Source: Acidobacteriota bacterium (GTDB lineage: Bacteria; Acidobacteriota; UBA890; WLXD01). Taken from it: a DNA stretch of 64,000 nucleotides. A model generated the notes under the pieces. The model saw only the letters and a list, made by a program, of their open reading frames with translations. It ran no database searches and was not told the DNA's origin. The stretch is from NCBI GenBank assembly GCA_965248695.1, contig CBDFKD010000002.1, positions 3,840,001 to 3,904,000 of the forward strand. The letters run 5' to 3'. The position numbers were made by a program, and so were the translations under genes. Within the stretch, counting starts at the first letter, position 1. Each line of letters begins with the position of its first letter. Below are positions 37,867-48,503 of this stretch, in pieces.

Positions 37867-39876
37867 GTGACCGCGGTCAAACTGGTCGTTGTCGCTGCCC
37901 TGGCGGGCGCACTCCCCCAGCAGGCCGGCGGCCCTGACGTTGCAGCGAGCCTGACCGTCGAGCCGTCGGAGGTGCGCCTCAAGGTTGGCGAGACCCGCTC
38001 CCTGCAGGTGATCGTCACCGACTCAGGCGGCGAACCGGTTCCGGAGGCCGGCGTGGTGTTCCTGTCGCTGGCGCCGCGCAGCCTCAGCGTCGACGCCGAT
38101 GGTGTGCTGAGCGCCGTTCAGCCCGGTATCCATACGGTTCTCATCCGCTTACCGCTGATAGCGGTAGCCGCCGATGGTGCTGAGCTCCCGCCGCTGGAGG
38201 CCCGCGTTTCCGTCATGGTGCCGAGCCCGGCGATCACCGCGGTCGAGTTCGTCGGCCCGCCGACACGCTTCTACGAGGACACCACGGTCCGGCTCGACAC
38301 GTCCGTCATGGATGCGTCCGGGATGCTCGTCGATGCCGACGTGGAATTGCGTAGCAGCAACCCGCAGGTCGCCGAGGCGGGTCGGTTCGGGAGAGTGAAG
38401 CTGCTGGCGCCGGGAAACGTGACCATCACAGCCAGCGTGAGCGATGTTGTGGAGGGGGCAAGCGGGACGCTTGCCATCGAGGTGGAGACCAACCCGACGG
38501 AATCGGTTCGCCTGCGGGCCTCGGCGCTGGAGGCTCGAACCGGCGACGTCATCCATTTCGCAGCAGAGGCGCTCGATGCCGCCGGCGATCCGGTGCTGGC
38601 TCCGGTGGAGTACGTGTTCAGCGCTCGCACAACCGAGCATGAGCGCGGCGATCCCGGATCCGGGATCATGGCTCCTGACGGGCGCTTCGTCGCCGATCTG
38701 CCGGGCGAGTACACCATCATGGCGATCTCGGGGGCGCACCACGCACAGCAGCAGGTCACTGTTCGGCCGCGTGAAGCCAAGCGTGAGATCGAGCTCGTTG
38801 GTCAGGGCCGGGTGACCGATCGAGGCACCTCCGATCTGTGGGTGTGGGAGGGCACCGACGGACGCGACTACGCCATCACCGGCACCTGGGGGGCTGACGG
38901 CCAGGCCTTCATGTGGGACGTCACCGACCCGAGCGCCATCACCAGGATCGACTCGGTACGGATCGACGCCCGCACGGTCAACGACGTCAAGGTCTCAGAG
39001 GACGGCCGCGTCGCCGTGCTCACCCGCGAAGGCGCATCGAATCGTCGCAACGGAATCGTGATCCTCGACGTCTCCTCCCCGCAGGACGGCATGCGTATCC
39101 TGTCGAGCTACGACCAGCACCTCACCGGCGGCGTACACAACGCGTTCGTCTACGACGATCACGTCTACGCGGTCGGCGCGGGTCAGTACTATGAGATCAT
39201 CAATATCGAGGACCCACGCAACCCCTACCGGGTAGCGCGCTTCGAGCTCGATACGCCAGGGCACGCAATCCACGACGTCTGGGTCGAGGACGGCATCGCC
39301 TATTCCTCCAACTGGGACGATGGCGTCGTCGCCGTCGATGTCGGTGGGGGCGGCCAGGGAGGCTCGCCGCGCAACCCGGTGATGCTTGGCAGCACCACGC
39401 ACCCGAGTGGCTGGAACCACGCGGCGTTGCCGTTCCACAGCAAGTCCGCGAACCGGTTCTACATGATTGCCGGTGACGAGGCGGTGATGCGTGGCGGTCA
39501 GCCGGGGAGCCCCGACGAGCGCGAACGGCAGCGCGGCTGGGTCCACTTCGTCGAGTGGGACGACTGGGGTGAGCCGCGAGAGGTGGCCCGCTACAAGGTC
39601 CCTGAGGGCGGCAGCCACAATCTCTGGGTGCACGACGAGGTTCTCTATATCGCGTACATCCAGGGCGGACTACGGGCGGTGGATATCTCCGGCGAGTTGA
39701 TGGGCGACCTGTACCGACAGGGACGCGAGATCGGCTACTTCCTGCCGTTCGACCCCGAGGGCTACTTCCCCAACGCGGTGTTCAGCTGGGGCCCTCAGTA
39801 TCACAAGGGCAACGTCTTCTTCACCGACTTCTACTCCGGCCTCTGGGCCGTGCGGCTGGGGTCGAAGGCGGAATAG
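37867..39876 (+). CDS. Exported Ig-like + LVIVD-repeat beta-propeller protein (paralog 2)
   Basis: Same architecture and motifs as 27515-29560 (SDLWVWEGTDGRDYA, GVHNAF, IHDVWVEDGIAYSSNW, SHNLWV). Start GTG 37867 inferred. Confidence 0.8.
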   Translation: MTAVKLVVVAALAGALPQQAGGPDVAASLTVEPSEVRLKVGETRSLQVIVTDSGGEPVPEAGVVFLSLAPRSLSVDADGVLSAVQPGIHTVLIRLPLIAVAADGAELPPLEARVSVMVPSPAITAVEFVGPPTRFYEDTTVRLDTSVMDASGMLVDADVELRSSNPQVAEAGRFGRVKLLAPGNVTITASVSDVVEGASGTLAIEVETNPTESVRLRASALEARTGDVIHFAAEALDAAGDPVLAPVEYVFSARTTEHERGDPGSGIMAPDGRFVADLPGEYTIMAISGAHHAQQQVTVRPREAKREIELVGQGRVTDRGTSDLWVWEGTDGRDYAITGTWGADGQAFMWDVTDPSAITRIDSVRIDARTVNDVKVSEDGRVAVLTREGASNRRNGIVILDVSSPQDGMRILSSYDQHLTGGVHNAFVYDDHVYAVGAGQYYEIINIEDPRNPYRVARFELDTPGHAIHDVWVEDGIAYSSNWDDGVVAVDVGGGGQGGSPRNPVMLGSTTHPSGWNHAALPFHSKSANRFYMIAGDEAVMRGGQPGSPDERERQRGWVHFVEWDDWGEPREVARYKVPEGGSHNLWVHDEVLYIAYIQGGLRAVDISGELMGDLYRQGREIGYFLPFDPEGYFPNAVFSWGPQYHKGNVFFTDFYSGLWAVRLGSKAE

Positions 39877-40032
39877 GACGCCGGATCGACCCATACGGTC
39901 TCCGGACCCAACCCACGCGCCTACCCGCTTCCGTGGAAAGAACTCCGGCAATGCGGTATGAAATGGGAGCACTCCGGTTGTGTCCCAGGACATCCTCGGT
40001 CGTCGCGGGGCGCTGCGAACAGGAGGTTCCCC

Positions 40033-40776
40033 ATGAAATCTGTCCTTTTGCCGGTCGCTTTCGCCACCGCCTTGCTCACCGGCTGCGCGCCGGCAACCGA
40101 GTCATCGGCCCCCGAGCCGGAGCCTGCCATTGACCCGGCGGCAACCATCGGCGTGACCTACCCGGGCCGCGACGTTCCCAGGCCCGAGGTCGTGTTCGAG
40201 AACGAATACGTGATCGTCCAGCAGCTGCTCACCCAACCCGGGGTGTGGAGCGGCGTGCACGGTCACGCCGGCAACCAGTTCGGAGTCAGCTTCGGCGCCG
40301 GCGTGACGCAGACCGTCACCGACAGCGAAGAAACGACGACAACTCGCGCAGCGGACGAGTTCTTCTGGATCGCGGCGGTGGAATCCCATAACCACCGGCA
40401 GACCAGCGAGGAGCCACGCTACGTGTACGTGGTAACGATCAAGCGCTCCCCCAGCTATGTGATGGGCACCGACCCCGCGGCCGTGACGTTCGAGGGTTAC
40501 CCGAATGATGCGGGCGAGCTCGTGATCGACAACGAGATGGCGATCGTCCGGCGCTTCGACACCGAGCCCGAGTACTGGACGGGCCTCCACAGCCACGACG
40601 GCAACGAGATGGCGATCATGCTCACCGACGCGACCGTGATGTACGAGGTAGGTGAGGAACGGCGCGAGGTCTCTTTCGCGGCGCGCGACACCATCTGGAC
40701 GGACGCTGGCGTCGAGCACGACCACGGCAACACCGGGGACTCGACGATGAGCTTCTACGTGATCAAGCTGCGGTAG
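40033..40776 (+). CDS. Tandem-cupin lipoprotein
   Basis: AGGAGG RBS; lipobox LLTGC; two cupin repeats (HGH...HNH and HSH...E...HDH). Confidence 0.7.
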   Translation: MKSVLLPVAFATALLTGCAPATESSAPEPEPAIDPAATIGVTYPGRDVPRPEVVFENEYVIVQQLLTQPGVWSGVHGHAGNQFGVSFGAGVTQTVTDSEETTTTRAADEFFWIAAVESHNHRQTSEEPRYVYVVTIKRSPSYVMGTDPAAVTFEGYPNDAGELVIDNEMAIVRRFDTEPEYWTGLHSHDGNEMAIMLTDATVMYEVGEERREVSFAARDTIWTDAGVEHDHGNTGDSTMSFYVIKLR

Positions 40777-40881
40777 GACGCGGCACAGAGCTACCAGGAG
40801 CGTGGGCGCCTCGATCATTGGCGGCATGGCCGCGCCTGCCTGCGGTCCCACCCAAGTCGAGGTCCGCGCTACACTCCGCCG

Positions 40882-42234
40882 ATGCAGTCTTTCGTTTGCC
40901 TTTGCGTTCTGCTCGGACTCGGGCACCTGGTGCGCACGCGCTGGCGGGCCCTACAGACGCTCTACCTCCCTTCCTGCGTCATCGGTGGGTTGCTGGGGTT
41001 GGCTATCTTGCAAACTGGCCGCGTCGCCGGCTATCCGCTTCCCGACGCGTGGACGGCAGGATGGAGCGCGCTGCCCGGGCTGCTGATCAACGTAGTCTTC
41101 GCCTGCCTGTTCCTCGGCGTGACCCTCCCCAGCTTGTCGACGTTGTGGCGCACCGCAGGTCTGCAGCTCGCCTACGGGCAGCTCGTCGCCTGGGGGCAGT
41201 ACGTGGTCGGCATCGGCCTGGTGCTGGCGATTCTGGGTCCGATGTTCGGCCTCCCGGACCTGTTCGGTGGCATCCTGCCGGTGGGCTTCGAGGGCGGCCA
41301 CGGTACCGCCGGCGGTTTGGCCCCGGTGTTCACCGACCTGGGCTGGGACGAGGGCAGGGACTTCGCGCTCGCTGCGGCAACCGGCGGCATCCTCGGGGCG
41401 ATCATCGTCGGCATGGGCCTGGTGAACTGGGCGGTCCGTCGCGGTTACACCGAGGTCAAGCGACCGTCCGCCGACCTGAGTGCCGATGAAGCCGCCGGAT
41501 TCCTGCCCACCACGGAGCGCCCGATCGCGGGTCGGTTAACGGTCAACACCGACGCCGTCGAATCGTTGAGCCTCCACCTGGTGATCGTCGGGGTGGCCAT
41601 CCTGTTCGGCATGCTCCTGAAGGAAGGCCTGCTGATCGTGGAGTCGGCGATTCCGGGGATGGCGCAGTATCGGCTGCTGGCGAGCTTCCCGCTGTTCCCG
41701 CTGTGCATGATGGGTGGTCTCCTCATCCAGTGGTGGGAGGACAACTACGATCGCCACGACCTCATCGATCTCGGCCTGATGCGCCGGATCCAGAACTCCG
41801 CGCTCGATTTCCTCGTCATTGCCGCAATCGCCACCATCCGGCTGGAGGTGGTCGCCACCGGACTGACCCCACTACTGATCCTGATCTTCGCCGGCATCCT
41901 ATGGAACGTGTTCTGTGTGATGTTCCTGGCGCGACGCGTATTCAAGGACGCCTGGTTCGAGCGCAGCATCGCCGAGATGGGGCAGTCGATGGGGGTCACG
42001 GCGACCGGGCTCCTGTTGCTCCGCGTCGTGGATCCCGACTACGAGTCGTCGGCGGCCAAGGCCTTCGCTGGCAAGCAGTTGCTGCACGAGCCCATCATGG
42101 GTGGCGGCCTTTGGACCGGCGCCGCCATCCCGCTGATCGGTGTGCTCGGGGGATTGCCGGTACTGGGCATCTGCGTCGCCGCCATGGCATTCTGGCTCGC
42201 CGTGCTCTTCGGGCCGCGGCTAGTCGGTCGTTAG
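40882..42234 (+). CDS. Sodium/glutamate symporter (GltS/ESS) family
   Basis: YLPSCVIGG, GFEGGHGTA, PLFP, GQSMGVTATGLLLLR..DP. Confidence 0.85.
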   Translation: MQSFVCLCVLLGLGHLVRTRWRALQTLYLPSCVIGGLLGLAILQTGRVAGYPLPDAWTAGWSALPGLLINVVFACLFLGVTLPSLSTLWRTAGLQLAYGQLVAWGQYVVGIGLVLAILGPMFGLPDLFGGILPVGFEGGHGTAGGLAPVFTDLGWDEGRDFALAAATGGILGAIIVGMGLVNWAVRRGYTEVKRPSADLSADEAAGFLPTTERPIAGRLTVNTDAVESLSLHLVIVGVAILFGMLLKEGLLIVESAIPGMAQYRLLASFPLFPLCMMGGLLIQWWEDNYDRHDLIDLGLMRRIQNSALDFLVIAAIATIRLEVVATGLTPLLILIFAGILWNVFCVMFLARRVFKDAWFERSIAEMGQSMGVTATGLLLLRVVDPDYESSAAKAFAGKQLLHEPIMGGGLWTGAAIPLIGVLGGLPVLGICVAAMAFWLAVLFGPRLVGR

Positions 42235-42275
42235 ACGAGCCTGGCGGCGCCGTCGGCCACCTGTCAGGAGCGTAA

Positions 42276-44768
42276 ATGATGCCTTCCCAAAAGCGTACGA
42301 GCCCCGGTTCCGCTCGATCCACCTTCGGCCTGTTTGCGATTCGTGCCGCGATCGTCGGTACCGTGAGCGTGCTGATCGTTGCCTTAGGTACCCGCGCCGA
42401 CGCGCAGTGGACCAATCGCTACCCGCGTCTGGCCGGCTACTCGCACCACGTATACGCCGAAGGGTACGAGCTCCCGCTGGTGACGCGCGGCCCGGTCGAC
42501 GCGGTGCAGTCGCCGGTCGACGACCGCATCGTGCTCGCGTCGCGCGGCTGGCTGTGGATGCTCGAGGGTGTTGTCGCACGACGACTGACGAGCGGCAGCA
42601 CCTTTGACTCTCGGCCGGCGTGGTCGCCCGATGGCACGCGCATCGCGTTCGTGCGCGACGACACGCTCGATACCTCGATCTGGGAGCTGGTGGTCGCCAC
42701 CGGCGAGCAGCGATCGCTGGTGCAGACGTCGGCGCTCGATCTCGATCCCGCCTATACCTCCGATGGCACGGGGCTGATGTACTCGTCGGCCTCGGAGGGT
42801 GATCTCGATATCTGGCTCGCAGCTATCTCCGGCGGAGCGTCGGAGCGACTTACTGCCGAGGCGGGCCTCGAGCTCCGGCCACAGCCGCACGGCGACGGCT
42901 ATGTGTACATGGCCAAGACGCGCGCCGGCGCCGACGAGATCCGCGCCGCTGGTGCTAACGGTGAGCGTTCGGTCTGGACCGAGCGCATCGCCTCGCAAAC
43001 GCGCCCCGCACTGAGTCCCGACGGCCGGGTGGTGGCGCTCGGTGCCCCGACGGCCGACGGCTGGCGCCTCGAGCTCCTCGACCTGGCGCAACCCGGGGCA
43101 CGCATCGGTCTCACCGCCACCGGCCGATTGCCGATCACCCCGAGCTGGACCCGCGATGGCGCCGCGGTGCTGTTCAGTGAGGCCGACCTACGCCAGACGA
43201 TGCGCCTCTATCGTGTGGACCGGAACGGTGGTGAGCCTTCCGAGGTAGAGATCAACACCTGGGATTGGGGTGTGCCTACAGGCCGACTACGAGTGCGGAC
43301 GCGCCTCCTCGGTGGGCACGGCTTTGCGGCGGCGCGTCTGAACGTGCGCTCGGCCGATGGGCGCGGCCACGTTCCAGAGACCGGCATGGTGCGGTTCGAC
43401 GGCCAGAACGGCAGGACGTACTTCTACTCGCCGGGCGAGATTGAGATCGAAATGCCCGCCGGGCCCGCGTTGGTTACCGCCGTCCAGGGCCTGGCTACGC
43501 CTCCGGGCACGCTGGAAACGACCGTGGAGGCCGGCAAGACGACCGTCGTCGAGGTGGAGCTCGCACCGGTCTGGGATGCGTCGGCGGCTGGCTGGTACTC
43601 GGGCGATCATCATTTCCATCTGAACTACGGCGGTTCGTATCGTCTGCGTCCCGACGACCTGGTGGATGCCGGCCGCGGCGAAGCGGTCGACGTCCTCACG
43701 CCGTTGACCGCCAATCTGCACAATCGATTCGAGGACCGCGAATGGTGGGGCTGGGAGCGCCCGAGCTCGCCGCTGATCGCCTTCGGACAGGAGATCCGTT
43801 CGCATTTCCTCGGCCACGTGGCGATCACCGGCCATCGTGAGATGTTCTGGCCCTGGATCTGGGGCCCCGGCTACCAGGTTTACGGAGCCGACGATCGACC
43901 GAACGTCGATCCCCTACAGCACGGGCGCGCCGGCGGCGCGGTCGGCTACTACGTGCATCCCGTGTCGAGCAGCGATCCGTTTGGCGAAGGGGGGCTGGGG
44001 AGCATCCCGGTGGACATCATCCCGGATGCGCTGGCCGGTGACCTCGACGCCCTCGAAGTGGCGTGTCTGTGGAGCGATGAGATCGGCACCTCCGAGCTCT
44101 GGTACCGGTTCCTGAACCTGGGCATTCCGGTAGCGCCGAGTGCCGGTACCGACGTGATGACGAACCTCTACCGCACGATGGCGGTGGCCACGACCCGTGT
44201 CTACGTGCGCACCGGCGCCCAGCCCGACCTGGAGACCTATCTCGACGGCCTCCGCGCTGGACACTCCTTCGTTACCACCGGCCCGATGCTGTTGCTGCGC
44301 GTTGGCGAGGAGGGCGCCGAGCCGGGCGAGATCACGACATCCGGTTCGACGAGCTTCGAGATCAACCTGCACAGCGCCGTTCCCGTGGATCGACTCGAGC
44401 TCGTCGTCAACGGACAGGTAGTCTGGTCGGAGGTCGGTTTGATGGAGGCAGGTAGCTCGCGAGTTGCCGGGGAGATTGCGCTGCCTGTCGGGGGCTGGGT
44501 TGCCGCCCGCGCCGTTGGTACCTCGAGCGCCGCACCTGGCTGGCCGATGATGGGCAGCTACGCGTTTGCTCACACCGCCCCCGTATGGATCGGCGAGCTC
44601 GGGAGCACCGAACCTGGCGCACGACGAGCGGCGGCCGCCGATCTGCAGCGTGCCCTGGTCAATGCTCGTAGACGCCTGGATCGCGCCTACGCGGGCACAC
44701 AGATCCCGCGGTTGTGGCAGCGGTTCGACGCAGCCCGCGAGCAGTTGGACGCCCTTCTTCAGCAGTGA
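42276..44768 (+). CDS. TolB-like propeller + CehA/McbA-family (PHP-like) metallohydrolase
   Basis: PD40 repeats (WSPDG), then GWYSGDHHFH, GQEIRSHFLGH, YVHP, AGTDV, RVYV, FVTTGP, AHTAPVW. Confidence 0.82.
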   Translation: MMPSQKRTSPGSARSTFGLFAIRAAIVGTVSVLIVALGTRADAQWTNRYPRLAGYSHHVYAEGYELPLVTRGPVDAVQSPVDDRIVLASRGWLWMLEGVVARRLTSGSTFDSRPAWSPDGTRIAFVRDDTLDTSIWELVVATGEQRSLVQTSALDLDPAYTSDGTGLMYSSASEGDLDIWLAAISGGASERLTAEAGLELRPQPHGDGYVYMAKTRAGADEIRAAGANGERSVWTERIASQTRPALSPDGRVVALGAPTADGWRLELLDLAQPGARIGLTATGRLPITPSWTRDGAAVLFSEADLRQTMRLYRVDRNGGEPSEVEINTWDWGVPTGRLRVRTRLLGGHGFAAARLNVRSADGRGHVPETGMVRFDGQNGRTYFYSPGEIEIEMPAGPALVTAVQGLATPPGTLETTVEAGKTTVVEVELAPVWDASAAGWYSGDHHFHLNYGGSYRLRPDDLVDAGRGEAVDVLTPLTANLHNRFEDREWWGWERPSSPLIAFGQEIRSHFLGHVAITGHREMFWPWIWGPGYQVYGADDRPNVDPLQHGRAGGAVGYYVHPVSSSDPFGEGGLGSIPVDIIPDALAGDLDALEVACLWSDEIGTSELWYRFLNLGIPVAPSAGTDVMTNLYRTMAVATTRVYVRTGAQPDLETYLDGLRAGHSFVTTGPMLLLRVGEEGAEPGEITTSGSTSFEINLHSAVPVDRLELVVNGQVVWSEVGLMEAGSSRVAGEIALPVGGWVAARAVGTSSAAPGWPMMGSYAFAHTAPVWIGELGSTEPGARRAAAADLQRALVNARRRLDRAYAGTQIPRLWQRFDAAREQLDALLQQ

Positions 44769-44882
44769 TGCCGCCTCGCGACATCGCTCAGACGTGGGGG
44801 CCACGTGTGGAGGTTGACTGGGTTCGGGGGCTCGCGAAGAATGCAGCGACCCGTCCGCCGCGAAACTGACCAGGAGAGCATC

Positions 44883-45324
44883 TTGAACAAGTCCACCGCC
44901 ACGGTGTCGTTAGTGATCAGCCTTGCGATCCTCGGTTCGGCCTCTCCGGTCTTTGCGCAGGCCGGCAGAATCTACGCGGTTGATGTCGTTTCGAGCGAGG
45001 GCACGGAGTTTCAGGACTGCGTCCGGTTCAACGACGATGGCTCGCTCGACATTGACGCGCTACCGCTCGAAATGACCTGGAGGCGGCTAAAACGAGACAA
45101 GTAAGAAGAACAGTTTCCAGGCGGTGAACGCTGTCGATCGGGAGAACGGCACGAGTAGCCAGTTCAACATCGCCTACTCCGGCAAGGCGACCAACAAGAA
45201 GATCACGGCGGACGCGATCAACGAATTTGGCGGTGAGACCTTCAGCATTACGGGCAAGAAGGTCAAGGAATGTCCGGTCGTACGCCGGTTGACGGGCCGC
45301 AACCCTTGGGGGATCGGCTTCTGA
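44883..45324 (+). CDS. Small exported hypothetical protein with a 1-nt frameshift near 45089-45102
   Basis: AGGAG RBS and TTG start, signal peptide (...SPVFA). The ORF stops at 45104, but the adjacent frame continues KKNSFQAVNAVDRENG...NPWGIGF*. Confidence 0.55.
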
Positions 45325-45352
45325 CGCCGTCGACGGACGGGTACGAGGGGCG

Positions 45353-47428
45353 ATGAACACGCGACGAGATTTCTTGGCAGCGGCGACGTCGATAGCGGGC
45401 GGCCGCCTACTGGGCGCTGGCGCCGGCGCAGCGGAGATGCTCGCTGCGGTGGTCCCCGCACCACCCTGGGTCGACAAGCTCAGCCAACCGCGATTCGGCG
45501 CCCGCTCGTTACTCGAGTTCATCTCGATGCGCGACGGCGTACGCCTTGCCGCTCGCATGGTCATGCCCGATGGCGCCGGCGCCGATGAGCGCTTCCCGGC
45601 GCTGCTCAACTACTCGCCGTATCGCGAAACCGAATCGGACCAGCTCGGGAGGTTCGGATACTTCGCCGAGCGCGGCTACGTCGGGGTCCAGGTTGATGTC
45701 CGGGGTACCGGGACCAGCACCGGGCTCACGACTCCCAACGAGTACTCGGAGCAGGAGCGTGAGGACGCCCTCGATGTCATCGAGTGGCTGGCGTCGCGGG
45801 AGTGGAGCAACGGCAACGTCGGCATGTTCGGTTCTTCGTACGGTGGCTTCAACTCCACACAGATCGCCATGCTGCACCCCCCGGCCCTGAAGGCGATCGT
45901 GCCGATGCACGCCACCGACGACGTGTTCACCGACGACATCGTCTACTACGACGGGGCGCTGCAGTTCGATTCGATCGGCCGCTGGCCGTTCTCGATGATC
46001 GCTTCCATGGGAATCCCGGCGTGGCCCGACTACGACCCCGATTCCGAGGAGGCGCGCTATCGGGTCGAACATGAGCCGTGGATCTTCGACATGCTGCGCC
46101 ACCAGCGCAACGAGGCGTTCTGGCAGCGGATGTCGCTACGGCCCGACTACGACGCCATCGAGGTCCCGACGATGATGATCGGCGGCTGGCTCGACGCCTA
46201 CACCGACAGCATTCCGCGCATGCTGGAGCGCATGTCGGCACCGACGCGGGCGATCATCGGGCAGTGGACCCACGCGGTCGGCAAGCCCGGGCCGCCGTAC
46301 AACGTCAAGCCCGAGATGCTGCGCTGGTGGGACCACTGGCTCAAGGACAACGACACCGGGATGATGGACGAGCCGTCGTTGGCGATGTATGTCAACGAGT
46401 CGTACAAGCCGAGCCTGGAGATCAAGACCATTCCGGGCGGCTGGCGGTCTACGGAATGGCCGCCGAAGGGCATCGAGAGCATCGAGTTGTACCCGCAACC
46501 GCTGGGGGTTCTGGCGCATGAGCGCCGGCTCGACCACGAGTCGGAGCTCGAGTACAAGCCCACGGTCGGCATGACGAACCGCTACCGCTGCCCGCACAAC
46601 GCCGCCGAGCTGCCGATCGATCAGCGTGCCGACGACGCCTACTCGATGACGTTCGACACCGATCCTCTGGACACGAGCCTCGAGATTCTCGGGTTTCCGC
46701 AGGCGGTCCTGCACGTCTCGGCGAGCGCCCCGCAGGCGAACTGGATCGTGCGGCTGTGCGATGTGGCTCCGGACGGCACCTCGACGCTGGTGTCAAAGGG
46801 CATCCTCAACGGTGCCCATCGTGACTCCCACGTCGATCCGGCGCCGCTGACGCCGGACGAGGTCTACGAGCTCGAGTTCAACCTCAAGGTGATCTCCTGG
46901 GTGTTTCCACCCGGACACAGAGTGCGGGTCGCGATCGCCAACGCCGACTTCCCGAACCTCTGGCCCACTCCGTATCCGATGAGCACGAAGCTGTTCGTGG
47001 ACGCCGATCGTCCGTCACGCGTTGTGCTCCCAGTTGTGCCCGTGGGCACTGCGTCGCGTCCCTACGAGCCTCCCGCGCTCGAGGACCGGACAGACGCCGG
47101 TGGACCGAGTCCACAGGATCAGTGGGAGGTGACGCGCGACGAGATGGATCAGACCGTGACGGTGTTCCGCGAGACGATTCAGTCGTGGGGCGACATGGAG
47201 CGACGTTGGTGCACCGCCAGCGACCGCGATCCGGCGCGCGCGACGATCCGCGCCGAGGGCAGCTCCGAGGTCGAGCGCGATGGTCGGACGATCCTGTGCA
47301 ACTCCTGGATGATGCTCGAAAGCTCCGCCGACGCCTTTACGATCAGCGTTCGACGCGAGCTCCGGGTTAACGGCGAGCTGCAGTTCGAGAAGGAGTGGGC
47401 GGACACCATTCCCAGGAACCTCGTTTGA
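45353..47428 (+). CDS. CocE/NonD family serine hydrolase, Tat-exported
   Basis: TRRDFL; MRDGVRLAA, DVRGTG.S.G, GSSYGG, GGWLD, GQWTH, FPPGHRVRV. Confidence 0.9.
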   Translation: MNTRRDFLAAATSIAGGRLLGAGAGAAEMLAAVVPAPPWVDKLSQPRFGARSLLEFISMRDGVRLAARMVMPDGAGADERFPALLNYSPYRETESDQLGRFGYFAERGYVGVQVDVRGTGTSTGLTTPNEYSEQEREDALDVIEWLASREWSNGNVGMFGSSYGGFNSTQIAMLHPPALKAIVPMHATDDVFTDDIVYYDGALQFDSIGRWPFSMIASMGIPAWPDYDPDSEEARYRVEHEPWIFDMLRHQRNEAFWQRMSLRPDYDAIEVPTMMIGGWLDAYTDSIPRMLERMSAPTRAIIGQWTHAVGKPGPPYNVKPEMLRWWDHWLKDNDTGMMDEPSLAMYVNESYKPSLEIKTIPGGWRSTEWPPKGIESIELYPQPLGVLAHERRLDHESELEYKPTVGMTNRYRCPHNAAELPIDQRADDAYSMTFDTDPLDTSLEILGFPQAVLHVSASAPQANWIVRLCDVAPDGTSTLVSKGILNGAHRDSHVDPAPLTPDEVYELEFNLKVISWVFPPGHRVRVAIANADFPNLWPTPYPMSTKLFVDADRPSRVVLPVVPVGTASRPYEPPALEDRTDAGGPSPQDQWEVTRDEMDQTVTVFRETIQSWGDMERRWCTASDRDPARATIRAEGSSEVERDGRTILCNSWMMLESSADAFTISVRRELRVNGELQFEKEWADTIPRNLV

Positions 47429-48396
47429 GGGCCGTTGTCTGCAAGGAGTTCGGTCCGCCCGAGAATCTCGTGGTCGAGACGGTCGAGGATCCGGTTGCGG
47501 GCGACGGCGAGGTCGTGGTCGACGTCCGTGCCGTGGCGGTCACTTTCCCGGATACGCTCATCATCCAGGATCTCTACCAGTTCAAGGGATCGGTACCCTT
47601 CATTCCGGGCACCGAGGCGGCGGGGGTGGTGAGCGCTGTCGGCTCCGGCGTCAGCGGTGTAGATGTCGGCGATGACGTGGTCGGCTGGGGGTTTACCGGT
47701 GGATTCGCCGAGCGCGCCGCCTTCCCGGCCGCCGACGTGCGGTCGATGCCGACCGGTTTGGAGTACGCCGAAGCCACTGGTTTCGGCTACGCATACGGCA
47801 CCAGCTACTACGGTCTGAAGTTTCGTGGTGACTTACAGCCGGGGGAGACCCTGCTCGTTCTCGGCGCTGCTGGAAGCCTGGGTCTGGCGACGATTGAGCT
47901 CGGCAAATTGCTCGGCGCCCGCGTTATCGCTGCCGCCTCGACCGCCGAAAAACTGGCCTTATGCCGTGAGCGCGGCGCCGACGAGACCATCAACTACGAC
48001 CAGGAAGACCTGAAGGCGCGCGCCAAGGAGCTCACCGGCGGCGAGGGCGTGGACGTGGTCTTCGATGCCGTCGGCGGTGACTACGCTGAGGCGGCGTATC
48101 GGGTGACGAAATGGCGCGGCCGGTTCCTGGTCATTGGCTTCACCGCCGGTATCCCACGGATCCCCCTGAACCTGGCCCTGCTCAAGGGCAGCTCCATCGT
48201 CGGCGTCTTCTGGGGTGCGGCGCGCACCAAGGAGCCGGAGCTCTTCAAGACCATGTCGCGCGAGCTCGACGACTACGCCGCTGCCGGCGATCTGCGACCG
48301 CTGGTCTCACGCCGCTGCGCGCTCGAAGAGGTGCCGCAGGCGCTGCGCGATATCCTCGATCGAAAGGCTGTAGGCAAGATCGTCGCGGAGCCGTAG
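47425..48396 (+). CDS. NADPH:quinone oxidoreductase (MDR) family
   Basis: FGPPENL, PFIPGTEAAG, GETLLVLGAAGSLG, GVDVVFDAVGG, LLKGSSIVGVFWG, GKIV. TTG start overlaps the upstream stop. Confidence 0.9.
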   Translation: MRAVVCKEFGPPENLVVETVEDPVAGDGEVVVDVRAVAVTFPDTLIIQDLYQFKGSVPFIPGTEAAGVVSAVGSGVSGVDVGDDVVGWGFTGGFAERAAFPAADVRSMPTGLEYAEATGFGYAYGTSYYGLKFRGDLQPGETLLVLGAAGSLGLATIELGKLLGARVIAAASTAEKLALCRERGADETINYDQEDLKARAKELTGGEGVDVVFDAVGGDYAEAAYRVTKWRGRFLVIGFTAGIPRIPLNLALLKGSSIVGVFWGAARTKEPELFKTMSRELDDYAAAGDLRPLVSRRCALEEVPQALRDILDRKAVGKIVAEP

Positions 48397-48416
48397 TCCC
48401 TGTGACAGGTCACTAG
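48394..48416. repeat. Imperfect palindrome on a TAG stop codon (short repeat family, copy C)
   Basis: TAGTCCCTGT-G-ACAGGTCACTAG. Confidence 0.55.
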
Positions 48417-48503
48417 CAGGGCTGTCAGCACCCGTGGCCGTCGCACGAGTCCGATCTGAAGAAGTCCGGCCCCACTTCCGCCCTTTGAGTCTGAGCGCGT
48501 TGG

